A stretch of 32,000 nucleotides of DNA from Candidatus Thorarchaeota archaeon (GTDB lineage Archaea > Asgardarchaeota > Heimdallarchaeia > Hodarchaeales > Hodarchaeaceae), in assembly GCA_048882505.1 (NCBI GenBank), contig JBHLRO010000018.1:49885-81884 (forward strand), given 5' to 3'. Below, in pieces: positions 1 to 8,866 of the stretch; the first letter of the stretch is position 1, and every line of letters begins with the position of its first letter. Below the pieces are notes generated by a model, which saw only the letters and a program-made list of their open reading frames with translations, made no database searches and had not been told where the DNA came from. The position numbers and the translations under genes are program-made.

Positions 1-234
1 GATATTAACATGTTTCCTGCAGTGGGGATTTTAGCCTACGCCGCACGGGACCGACCGGATCCTCTTGCTGCTGTTTCTGCGGTTAACAAGTTAAATACTC
101 TTCTGAAGGTTGACGTAAGCACAGAAATGTTGATAGAAAATGCGCAAAAGATCCAAGAGCAAATAAAGCGCCAATTGGCTCCGATTGAAGAAACCGACCG
201 AGACAAGGATTTGTCCCGACGTATGTATACCTGA
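1..234 (+). CDS. PAC2/proteasome assembly chaperone family protein, C-terminal part (5' truncated by window)
   Basis: Frame open from position 1. 'RPDPLAA' motif, helical tail and terminal 'MYT' resemble archaeal PAC2-family C-termini. Confidence 0.7.
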   Translation, partial: DINMFPAVGILAYAARDRPDPLAAVSAVNKLNTLLKVDVSTEMLIENAQKIQEQIKRQLAPIEETDRDKDLSRRMYT

Positions 235-275
235 TTGAATTGAGTCCTACTCTCTTATATTTTATCTGGGGTAAG

Positions 276-1058
276 TTACCGGCCATACCGTCTGTGTCGT
301 GACTGATAGGTTCGAATAGCACGCCATAGATCGATTTTACGAAAACCGGGGAAAAATACATCGGCAAAATATAGTTCGCTATACGCAGATTGCCAAGTTA
401 GAAAACCGGATAGTCGTTCTTCTCCTGAGGTACGGATAATAAGGTCTGGATCTGGAATGCCGTTTGTATAAAGGTGTCGAGTAACTACGATTTCGTTGAT
501 ATCCTCTACTGCCATTTCTTTGGTCGCGACTTTTCGTGCTATTGATCTAATTGCGTCGATCATCTCAGCTCGGCCGCCATAGCCAATAGCTATAATTAAT
601 ATAGGGCCATCATTGCTCGCAGTAGCCTCCTCGGCCTCCTTGATGGCGACTTGGACTTTAGAAGGGAGTAGATGTGTTCTGCCTATAGTTTTGATTTTTA
701 CATTGCGTTTTTTGATTTCTGGATGAGCTACAATCTCCCGAAATGCCTTTTCAGCTAGTTTCATTAGCTCCTTCACTTCACGATCCGGACGTTCGAAATT
801 TTCTGTAGAAAAGGCGTATAATGTCACGTACTTAATCTTTAGATCCCAAAACCAGTTAAGAACTTCTTTTAGTTTTTCCTGTCCAAACCTGTGACCTAGA
901 AAACTTGGTAGATTTCTTTCTCGGGCAAATCGCCTATTGCCATCCAGGATCATGGCAACATGCTCGGGATGAACCCCCTGAGTGATCCCATCCTTGATTT
1001 GTGACCAGAGGCGTCTTTCATACAGCCGATAGAGGACTGAATCAAGCCTGAATTTCAA
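276..1058 (-). CDS. uppS: cis-prenyltransferase (polyprenyl/undecaprenyl diphosphate synthase)
   Basis: HVAMILDGNRRFA, YAFSTENF.R, PDPDLIIRTSGE.RLSGFL.WQ.AYSEL and terminal R.RRYG motifs. TTG start preceded by GAGGG. Confidence 0.95.
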   Translation of the reverse strand: MKFRLDSVLYRLYERRLWSQIKDGITQGVHPEHVAMILDGNRRFARERNLPSFLGHRFGQEKLKEVLNWFWDLKIKYVTLYAFSTENFERPDREVKELMKLAEKAFREIVAHPEIKKRNVKIKTIGRTHLLPSKVQVAIKEAEEATASNDGPILIIAIGYGGRAEMIDAIRSIARKVATKEMAVEDINEIVVTRHLYTNGIPDPDLIIRTSGEERLSGFLTWQSAYSELYFADVFFPGFRKIDLWRAIRTYQSRHRRYGR

Positions 1059-1296
1059 ATCAAAACCCTCGTTGTCCTAAAATCTCTGAAGCTTTTTACG
1101 GAGGCAAAAGGTAATAAGGACATCTGAATGGTTATTCCGCAAAACCTTTACACCTACTCTACTGGACGCTAATGATAATGCGATTTTCAACGATTCCGAC
1201 CGTAGAAGTGGCAGAACTGCCTTTCTTCTTCTTTTTTTTCCTATCAATAATGATTCTTGCATCATTATTTCGGTATTTCAACGCGAAGAATTCTGC

Positions 1297-2139
1297 TTAG
1301 GCAAAATTTCCAGTCAACTGGGCGTCTAATTTGGTGAATGTGATGAATATGGCTTCTTCTAGCCGTAAAGATCGTGTTCCGTAGTTCGAAATGATGGAAA
1401 GACAGAGGTTAAAGACATCCTGAACTTTTTTCCCTTCACTTTTGAGCATATTGGGAATCCCGTTATAAGGGCCTCCAAATGCTATCAGAAATCCCTGCGA
1501 GGATTTTTCCTTGAATGTGGCTGCTGATAGAGGCTGGCAGCTCCTTGATGTAGCTATAAGAATCTCTTTTCGATTCAATAGGGCCCTACTTAGAAGCGCC
1601 TCTGAAAGATTTACTGAATAACCCCAATAGAGGTTCCGAGGAGGATCAGTTATATTGGCCTGCCATTTCTCTTTGATTTCTTCAATCTTGACTGTGTATC
1701 GCACAGTTCGGTCCGTTAATGAATGTCGGGGAGGATTTGAAACCTCAAGAAGGTGAGGACCGCCGACATCAGCCACAACCCTTCCTTGATGCAGAAAAAC
1801 CGCGGCCTCTCGTATTTCTCCTCTTTTTAGTGCACGAGAACGACCATGGTGTGGAGTAGCTAACGGAGGGAGGATTCCAACTGCCGCCGTTTCTCGATAA
1901 AGGGGAAATAACCGTTTTCTCAGGTATTGAGGACACTCGATGTAACGAAGAATACGGGAAATTATTTTTCGTTCATGTTTGGCCCTAGACGGCTTGAGAA
2001 AGGGATCATGGTAAATTAAAATCTCAGATGCTCGGAAGATCGCCACTGCTCGTGCGATTTGATAAAGTTTCTCTGTTTTAATTCTCAGATCCGAGGTGTC
2101 AGATACCGCTGAGTCGGGAATTGCGCAGACTAAATGCAT
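1297..2139 (-). CDS. SPOUT-family RNA methyltransferase (DUF171/MTH1-like)
   Basis: AIPDS, IARAVAIFR, LRYIECPQYLRKRLFP, GILPPLATPHH, YWGY, FGGPY.G and RSLRLEEA motifs. Confidence 0.87.
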   Translation of the reverse strand: MHLVCAIPDSAVSDTSDLRIKTEKLYQIARAVAIFRASEILIYHDPFLKPSRAKHERKIISRILRYIECPQYLRKRLFPLYRETAAVGILPPLATPHHGRSRALKRGEIREAAVFLHQGRVVADVGGPHLLEVSNPPRHSLTDRTVRYTVKIEEIKEKWQANITDPPRNLYWGYSVNLSEALLSRALLNRKEILIATSRSCQPLSAATFKEKSSQGFLIAFGGPYNGIPNMLKSEGKKVQDVFNLCLSIISNYGTRSLRLEEAIFITFTKLDAQLTGNFA

Positions 2140-2189
2140 GGTCTCTCTTCACCCGTTTCAACGTTTTAGGAGAAGATTAAATCAGGGAA

Positions 2190-3068
2190 TTATGGAGGAT
2201 TGGCATTGTAGAAGTCTATATACGCACGAATCACATCTTTCTGGTTGATGATCCCCGTAACTTCTCCATCTACATCCACAACAGGCAATTGGTCAATTTT
2301 TTTTGTGACCATCTTTCTGCATACTTCAGAGATTGTACTGTCTTGGTAGCAAATCTCGATGTTTCGTTCCATGATCTCGCGTACCTTGAGATCGCGAGGT
2401 AAGGTCAGGATTTTAGCTCCAATTATCAGAACGGACTCTGAATCCCACGAGGAGCTATCATTTTCAGCTCCATGCCCAGTCAAACTCTTACTTTGAGTAT
2501 CGAGGATTTGGACAACTTTCAAAAAATCATTTTGACTTATTATCCCCACCATTTCGGATTCATTGATCACAGGGATTCCTTTTTGATGAGACAGGCGCAT
2601 CACACGAGCTGCTACGGTAATAGGTGTTTCTTCCCAGATAGTCGTAACATTCTTATTAAAATAGTCCTTTACGTCGGCCTCAAGTTTGGAAGGGTTGATT
2701 ACCATCCTTACAATATCCGTACGGGAGATGAGACCCCGGAGTTGGCCGTTTTCATCTGTGATAGGAATTCTTTGGAAAATCTCTCGTGCAAAAATTTTTG
2801 CGGCTTTGATTATGGTGTCAGAAGGCCGCAGCGTTATCACATCACGTTTCATGAGCAAAGATAATTGAGTTTCACTCGGATTTCTGAATAGATCCGATCG
2901 TGAAACGACTCCCACCAGCGTATCTGAATTTTCTTTCAAAACTGGATATACACTCAGACCAGTCTTCTGGATAGTCTCCAGTAAAATGTCCCTATTCCCT
3001 GGTATATTCAGACAAACGAGTTTCTCCCGTTTTGTCATAATCTTGGAAATAGGTATATCCGTTACCAT
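2190..3068 (-). CDS. CBS domain protein (four CBS repeats)
   Basis: Repeated 'PV....LVGVVSRSDL', 'PI.DE.GQL.GLISRTDI', 'PVI..SEMVGIISQNDF' and 'LPVVD..GEVTGII...DV'. Confidence 0.9.
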   Translation of the reverse strand: MVTDIPISKIMTKREKLVCLNIPGNRDILLETIQKTGLSVYPVLKENSDTLVGVVSRSDLFRNPSETQLSLLMKRDVITLRPSDTIIKAAKIFAREIFQRIPITDENGQLRGLISRTDIVRMVINPSKLEADVKDYFNKNVTTIWEETPITVAARVMRLSHQKGIPVINESEMVGIISQNDFLKVVQILDTQSKSLTGHGAENDSSSWDSESVLIIGAKILTLPRDLKVREIMERNIEICYQDSTISEVCRKMVTKKIDQLPVVDVDGEVTGIINQKDVIRAYIDFYNANPP

Positions 3069-3156
3069 TTGTTCCCGCCAATGTATTTATTAGTGTTGAA
3101 GTTTCGTAAACAGAATAATTGAAGTTTGCTTTAATTAAATGAGAGAAGATCAAAAA

Positions 3157-3342
3157 TTATCCTGTTCCAAGGATGTTTAACAAGAGAATGAAAGCAACGA
3201 ACACAGCAGCAATCACAGCAGTCCACATGGGTCCCAACTTTAAGCCCGGTGAATCACTTTCCGAATAGAATCTTATCAGGCCTGCTCCCGTAGCTGGCAT
3301 GGGAGAATCGTCCTTTCGTCTACTTTTTCGCAGTGTACTCAA
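3157..3342 (-). CDS. secG: Preprotein translocase subunit Sec61beta
   Basis: Basic N-terminus, 'PATGAGLIRFY', 'KLGP' and a single C-terminal TM helix. TTG start after GGTGA. Confidence 0.87.
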   Translation of the reverse strand: MSTLRKSRRKDDSPMPATGAGLIRFYSESDSPGLKLGPMWTAVIAAVFVAFILLLNILGTG

Positions 3343-3521
3343 TTATAGGGTCACCATTGATCTTTCTATTCGATCTGCCATAACATTTTATGATCCTTAT
3401 TATCTTGGTGCTTCTGCAACTTAAGATCTTTTTTGTTCGTACTGATCCGTTTGCTTAGTATACAAACCCCCATCCCTGACCCATAGGGCTGTAATTTTTT
3501 GAAAAAAATTAGCAAACGCCC

Positions 3522-4280
3522 TTATCGATTACCTAGGACCCAAGAATAAAGCGAACTTATTCGGTACCAGAAATAATCCAGCCAATCAGCAAACTGGTCT
3601 ATTATGGGTACGGGACCCCACTTTTCAATCAAGAAGGCGAAAAAAATCGTTCCGAAGAATCCAATAACCTTCGAAGAGACATCATGAGCCCAGTAAAATG
3701 CTGTTTCGGCGTCCATCCCAATCTGAGTGACCAAAAAATGAACCGACCATAAATGAAACGCGATTCTTAAAGCATTACCAATAAACAAAGCTATGAGGAA
3801 GGCAATACTAGCACGAAGGCGAGCTAACCAGGGGGCCTCCGTTACAATAATGAGGGCAATCAGCAATCCGCCAGCCTGCATCCCAGTACAGGCTTTAACT
3901 ATCCAATAGTCTCCATTTGTAGAAGGAATGTAAATTCCTGGGGTTTTGGTGGTAGCCTCCAAAAAAGGGAATAACCCTCCCCTCAGAAACTCTGGTATGA
4001 TTCGTGTTGGATTTCCGTTCGGAATCAAGCTATTTTCGATTCCGGCAAAATTTAATAGCATATGGATAATGTCTCTGGTGGGAATTTCCAGGAAAACCCA
4101 ATCTGGTACGGTATATAAAAGAACAGTAATCGTGGCTGCAATTAGGAGTGTAGAGAGCATGAGTTTATCATCGTGAAATCGTTTTTTCTGGGTAACTGTT
4201 ACTGGCTTTACCACTACGTCATCAGTGGTTTTTTCTTGGGTCACGGGAGGTGTCACAACACCATGAACCTTTGTTGTCAT
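3522..4280 (-). CDS. Exosortase/archaeosortase-family transpeptidase
   Basis: Multi-TM protein with Cys in 'KACTGMQ', Arg in 'GNALRI' and His in 'WAHD', matching the C-R-H catalytic pattern. Confidence 0.78.
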   Translation of the reverse strand: MTTKVHGVVTPPVTQEKTTDDVVVKPVTVTQKKRFHDDKLMLSTLLIAATITVLLYTVPDWVFLEIPTRDIIHMLLNFAGIENSLIPNGNPTRIIPEFLRGGLFPFLEATTKTPGIYIPSTNGDYWIVKACTGMQAGGLLIALIIVTEAPWLARLRASIAFLIALFIGNALRIAFHLWSVHFLVTQIGMDAETAFYWAHDVSSKVIGFFGTIFFAFLIEKWGPVPIIDQFADWLDYFWYRISSLYSWVLGNR

Positions 4281-4402
4281 TTTACTCTCTCTTTATAATT
4301 AAATTGGATATTTTAGCATGTTTCTGGGTATATTTATCCAAAGGCCTTCATAAATTTATTGTTTTACCTTTCGAACGGCTGTGTTTTCCTGGTAACTTGA
4401 CA

Positions 4403-6028
4403 TCATGATCTGTCAACCTGAAACGCTGAGGGATTGAGCAGCTGATACCATCCGAATTTTACTTGGGCGACTCCCTTATCTACAAGAGAACGTAAAGCTT
4501 GTTTAATTTGATCTTTCGGTAATTTAACCTCTGGAGAAAGCAAATTGGTTTGCGCTTTATAATTAGGCCTTTGTAATAGGGCCTGAATTACTTGTTGTTC
4601 TTCAGGTGTAAGTTTCAAGCCAGATGGGGTCTCAAATTGTTGTTGAGGGACATTTTGCTCCGTAAACTGGCCACTACGCCTGTGTTCTAATATATTCTTA
4701 TCTTTTAAAATGTACCAACCGTAGGATACCCGTAATATACCTTTATCTACTAAGTTACGCAAAACCTCTTTTAAAACGCTTTGTTTTAATCCTGTCGGGC
4801 GTGTTAATAGATTAGATTGTGCTTTAAGATTTGGCCGGGATTTGATCGCTTTTATGGTGGAGATTTCTTCTTGGGTAAGTCCCTCACCAACCCGTGATAT
4901 TCTCGGTGATTTCTTCGTTTTCTTCCGTTTAGCATCAGAATCTGCAAAGGTCTTCTTAAAAAACGGAAGATGACTCTTTTTTATAATAAACCATCCTACT
5001 TGTGTTCTCAGAAGACCCTTTGTGATTAATGATCGTAAATGCATTTCGGCTTCCGAGACTGGCATACCCATGTCCGATGCCAGAATCTCTGGTTTAGTTC
5101 TATGTTTTATTCTGTGATAGGTTCGTTCCAGGATTTCCATTTCAAGTTCTGATGGTAAATCCTCCTCCCAATTATCTCGCCGGAAGAGAGAGGTAGTTTG
5201 CTTAAGATATGGTGCTATATCATCAGAATATTCTCTGTTAGGGAGTGATGGATGAAAAAGGTCCAAACTGTCTTCTTTTTCAATATCAGCCAATTCAGTC
5301 TCCTCTATGCCTTGATCCTCATTTTTTTCATCCATTTCTTTGTCCAAGTCTGTATCGTATTCGGGAGTATCTAATGAGTGGGCTTCAATATGAGGGATCT
5401 CCACGGCAATAGTCATTGAAGATTCGGAGGAAGATTGACTGGATTGACTGGATTGAATGGAGGACCTTGAGGTTTTGGTCTGAACTTTAGGAGAGACTTT
5501 AGAAGGTATGGGAGGAGAAACAGGTTCTGGTTCAAAATTTGACGCGGGAGAGGGTTTAGATGAAGATATAGCGGCAGGTGGGCTTCTGGAGATGAGAGGC
5601 GCTTCTGCTCGACCGAAAACGAGCGTCTTTTGAATACCAGTGGTGTTATAATTCTGGGTGTTAATGAGATCTAGGATTTCTTCGTTAAGTTTTTCAAAAG
5701 GAGGTCCAATTCCTGTAAGTTCAACGGTGAACGTTTCACCTGCGTCAGAAGTCAAAAAGTATTTTGTTTTTGTGTCTATCAGAACGTTAGCATGGCCAGC
5801 AAAGAACTCTCGTATCTCTCTATTCATAACTGCGGATTCATTTCCTGTGATTTCAAGTGTGTAATATTGTTCTGCCCCTGATTGTTCAATGTAGAAAATA
5901 AGAGATGGCAAATCAGGAATGCGAGGAATTGCTTGGACCGTATTTTCAACAAATTCAATTGAACGAAATCGACCCCGGGCTTTTAAAAAGTTAATAAAAT
6001 CGTTTAATACGGCATTTTGCCTATACAC
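4403..6028 (-). CDS. Hypothetical protein: N-terminal globular domain, Ser/Pro- and Asp/Glu-rich linker, three tandem winged-helix-like repeats
   Basis: 541-aa ORF. Three repeats end 'LRSLITKG..RTQVGWF', 'LRNLVDKG..RVSYGWY' and 'LRSLVDKG..QVKFGWY'. Confidence 0.8.
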   Translation of the reverse strand: MYRQNAVLNDFINFLKARGRFRSIEFVENTVQAIPRIPDLPSLIFYIEQSGAEQYYTLEITGNESAVMNREIREFFAGHANVLIDTKTKYFLTSDAGETFTVELTGIGPPFEKLNEEILDLINTQNYNTTGIQKTLVFGRAEAPLISRSPPAAISSSKPSPASNFEPEPVSPPIPSKVSPKVQTKTSRSSIQSSQSSQSSSESSMTIAVEIPHIEAHSLDTPEYDTDLDKEMDEKNEDQGIEETELADIEKEDSLDLFHPSLPNREYSDDIAPYLKQTTSLFRRDNWEEDLPSELEMEILERTYHRIKHRTKPEILASDMGMPVSEAEMHLRSLITKGLLRTQVGWFIIKKSHLPFFKKTFADSDAKRKKTKKSPRISRVGEGLTQEEISTIKAIKSRPNLKAQSNLLTRPTGLKQSVLKEVLRNLVDKGILRVSYGWYILKDKNILEHRRSGQFTEQNVPQQQFETPSGLKLTPEEQQVIQALLQRPNYKAQTNLLSPEVKLPKDQIKQALRSLVDKGVAQVKFGWYQLLNPSAFQVDRS

Positions 6029-6160
6029 CGTAAACCATATCCCTAAAAATGCAGAATAAAGGAGAAATATCTCAATATGAAGGATATAACCCGCGTAGAT
6101 GCTTCCTTTAAGCCAGTTGAAAAATTTTTTGCATACAAAATTTGTTTATGGCATTTTCAC

Positions 6161-6607
6161 CTAAAGCTTACTCAAAAGTAAGGCTCGGATCTCTTCAGGT
6201 TCATGCTGCTTCAGCGTTGGGACTAAATCGGGTGGAACCGTGAATACTTGGCGCTTGAGTCGTTCCTGAGCAACTTGATCTTCGCTCTGTTGAAGACCTT
6301 CCCAAATAGCCAGATATTCCTGCATTGGAAGCCCCAACGATGTATGGGTCAGATCATTGGGATGTTTACTTGGATGAATCTGCTCATTGGACGACTTCTG
6401 AGCTGATAGAACCAGGCCAAAATGAAACAGTTCACTCACCACTGCAATGCAAGATAATACATCAATTTGGAGGTCTGCTGCAATTTGAGGAATATTAGAT
6501 GGTTTTTTGGCAAGTAATCGAAGTATTGGGATAGTTATTGGGTTTTTTAGAAGTTGTTCTATCACGAATCGTTCCTTCCTTGAAATTCCAACACATGATA
6601 TCCGCAC
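6161..6607 (-). CDS. Winged helix-turn-helix protein (ArsR-like pattern)
   Basis: 'LLKNPITIPILRLLAKKPSNIPQIAADLQID......VSELFHFGLV' fits an HTH pattern. GTG start. Confidence 0.62.
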   Translation of the reverse strand: MRISCVGISRKERFVIEQLLKNPITIPILRLLAKKPSNIPQIAADLQIDVLSCIAVVSELFHFGLVLSAQKSSNEQIHPSKHPNDLTHTSLGLPMQEYLAIWEGLQQSEDQVAQERLKRQVFTVPPDLVPTLKQHEPEEIRALLLSKL

Positions 6608-6702
6608 CGTTAAAAATAGTTTTAAATTGAATCCTATTTATGTATATCGCGTGAATTTTAGTAAAACTTAGGCCTAGTTATAAATAAAAGGAAGCGGATT
6701 GC

Positions 6703-7404
6703 ATGTCAAAGAGCGATGTCATTGTTAAGTGTGTAGATCTCAGAAAGAGTTATATACTCGGTGAGGGTATCCGGGTAGACGCTCTACGCGGAATTTCCAT
6801 GGAAATCAAGCGAGGCGAGATGGTTTCAATTATGGGGCCTTCTGGGTGCGGGAAAACGACGCTTTTAAACCTAATTGGATCTTTAGATCGTCCATCATCA
6901 GGAAAAATACTCTTGGAGGGAAGAGACATCTCGGCAGCTTCCGAAAAGGAACTTACGGAAATACGAAGAGCGAAAGTGGGATTCGTATTCCAATTCTACA
7001 ACCTTTTGCCAGTGTTAACCTCACTCGAGAATGTAGAGCTCCCCATGTTAATCGCGGGTGTTCCAAAGGAAGCACGACAGGAGCGAGCCCTAAGTCTTTT
7101 AGAAAAGGTCGGGTTGAGTGAACGAAAAGACCACAAACCTGACGAGTTGAGCGGCGGGGAGCGTCAACGTGTGGCCATTGCACGCTCTTTAGCCAACACT
7201 CCTACCATCTTGCTTGCAGATGAACCAACAGGAGATTTAGACACTGAAACAGGAGATGCTGTGCTGGACTTACTAAAAGAGTTAAATAGAGAACTAGGTC
7301 AAACTACGATTCTAGTAACTCATGATATTAACATCGCCCGACAATCTAATAGAATTTTTCACATTCGTGACGGGCAAGTATCTTCAGTTGAAGAAGTCAA
7401 TTAA
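6703..7404 (+). CDS. ABC transporter ATP-binding protein, LolD/MacB(SalX) type
   Basis: Walker A GPSGCGKT, 'GFVFQFYNL', signature LSGGERQRVAIAR, Walker B/D-loop LLADEPTGDLD and 'VTHD'. Confidence 0.95.
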   Translation: MSKSDVIVKCVDLRKSYILGEGIRVDALRGISMEIKRGEMVSIMGPSGCGKTTLLNLIGSLDRPSSGKILLEGRDISAASEKELTEIRRAKVGFVFQFYNLLPVLTSLENVELPMLIAGVPKEARQERALSLLEKVGLSERKDHKPDELSGGERQRVAIARSLANTPTILLADEPTGDLDTETGDAVLDLLKELNRELGQTTILVTHDINIARQSNRIFHIRDGQVSSVEEVN

Positions 7405-7421
7405 AGCCATCTTGAGAATTG

Positions 7422-8366
7422 TCAGGTTAACAAAGTACGAAGTGGATCAGTCCCGGTCTCTTTCGCTTCATCCTCTAGAATTCTGATCAGCTCTTTAAAG
7501 CGGTTTCGAATGGTTACAGGGGTGATTCGGGCTACTGTGGATATTTCCTGTTGAGTTCTACGTTCACCAGTCTGGATGGATGCTATGTAAATTGCTGCCG
7601 CTGCCAAAGACATAGGATTCTTCCCTACAGTAGCTCCATGTCTCCTCGCAATATTGAGAATTTCAACTGCTTTGCGTCGGACTTTCATTGAAACCCGTAG
7701 ATTTACACCTAATCGATGCACGAGGCCCCGATAGTCACTTTGACTCACTTTAAGATCGAGTTTATGTAAAATGATTCGAATACAGCGTCCTAAATCCTTT
7801 GTTGAGATATAGGAAACTGCAGCAATATCCTTCAATGTTTGAGGTAACCTTTTCTTTCGAGATGCTAGATATAAACTCGCAGCTACCATACAGTCTATTG
7901 ATCGCCCACGGATTAGGTTTTTCTTCAATGCTCTTCTGTAAATGCGAGCTCCCATCTCTGCTACATCTTCTGGAAGCTCAAGATGGCTCTTTATCCGTTT
8001 TAATTCCTTAAGAGCGAGACGAAGATTCCTTATTTCTGATTTCCGTGTTCGGTTATCGATCCGTGATAAACGGCGGTATTTGGTTTGGGATGCGTAGGAT
8101 AAGGTTCTTCCAGATATATCTTTCCGAATACCGCCGATTTGGGTACGTAAACCCATTTCGGGTTTTAGAGGAGTAATTGGACTACCCGTACGCGCCCGTT
8201 CTGCCATTTCACTCGAATCGTACGCCCGCCACTCCGGGCCTAGATCTATACGCGTTTCTAATACAAGGCCACAGGAAGCGCAAATCGAGGTGCCCTTTGT
8301 CATATCATTAACAATATCGACAGAACCACATTCTGGACATTTTCCATCTTGGGGTTTTTGTGACAT
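7422..8366 (-). CDS. tfb: Transcription initiation factor IIB
   Basis: Zn ribbon CPECG..CASCG, B-reader 'GPEWRA', and two cyclin repeats (GRS/GKNP..AAA..Y). Start moved to ATG 8366, which follows GGAGGGG. Confidence 0.95.
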   Translation of the reverse strand: MSQKPQDGKCPECGSVDIVNDMTKGTSICASCGLVLETRIDLGPEWRAYDSSEMAERARTGSPITPLKPEMGLRTQIGGIRKDISGRTLSYASQTKYRRLSRIDNRTRKSEIRNLRLALKELKRIKSHLELPEDVAEMGARIYRRALKKNLIRGRSIDCMVAASLYLASRKKRLPQTLKDIAAVSYISTKDLGRCIRIILHKLDLKVSQSDYRGLVHRLGVNLRVSMKVRRKAVEILNIARRHGATVGKNPMSLAAAAIYIASIQTGERRTQQEISTVARITPVTIRNRFKELIRILEDEAKETGTDPLRTLLT

Positions 8367-8437
8367 CAAATTATCAACCCCTCCAAAGTTCCTCATGATT
8401 GTGGGAAGGTTCCGCTAGCTCAGGTTGCTGGGCAAAG

Positions 8438-8459
8438 ATTTAAAAGGGGAGTTTATAAA
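8438..8459 (-). promoter_or_regulatory. Tandem TATA-like boxes upstream of tfb
   Basis: Minus strand reads TTTATAAACTC-CCC-TTTTAAAT, 72-93 nt upstream of the tfb start. Confidence 0.55.
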
Positions 8460-8763
8460 TCATTGGGATCTACCAATTTTGTTATCCCATTTGCATGTCG
8501 TAAATCATTCAAATACTAGCGAATCGGTTCCGATTACAGAATTTTGCCATAACTGACTCATCTTTGTTTTTAATGATGAATTGCTCATATTTTGAGATTT
8601 GATATTTCCGAGATGAGAGAAAGAGCTTGAACTGCCTGTGTCAACATAACACTGCTGCTACTGATCTCATTAAAATGGCAGATATACCGTTTCGAGACTA
8701 TCATCTCGCTTAGAGCCTGATTAAAGGCATAAAATCGTATTTCTATATAGCATCTTTTTAAAC

Positions 8764-8784
8764 TTTATAAACTCACTTATAAAC
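8764..8784 (+). promoter_or_regulatory. Tandem TATA-like boxes upstream of tbp
   Basis: TTTATAAACTC-AC-TTATAAAC, about 80-100 nt upstream of the tbp start. Confidence 0.55.
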
Positions 8785-8866
8785 ATTGAAACGAATGGCC
8801 AATTAGAGAAAGCTAGATAGACCATTCAGATGGTAGATTCGGTATACCGAATCTTTGGTGATTTTC

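Noticed and set aside
1077-1265. 62-aa minus-strand ORF between the SPOUT gene and uppS
   Set aside because: Its Lys/Arg run comes from a purine tract. No family pattern or SD, so it is likely intergenic.
4403-4600. Calling the last WH repeat a true Z-alpha Z-DNA-binding domain
   Set aside because: The conserved Asn and Tyr of the recognition helix are replaced by Lys and Arg and the wing is shorter. I kept it only as a fold-level hypothesis.
8573-8630. ATGATGA C-box-like motif in the tfb/tbp intergenic region as a C/D sRNA
   Set aside because: No CTGA D/D' boxes or C' box at the usual ~12-nt guide spacing.
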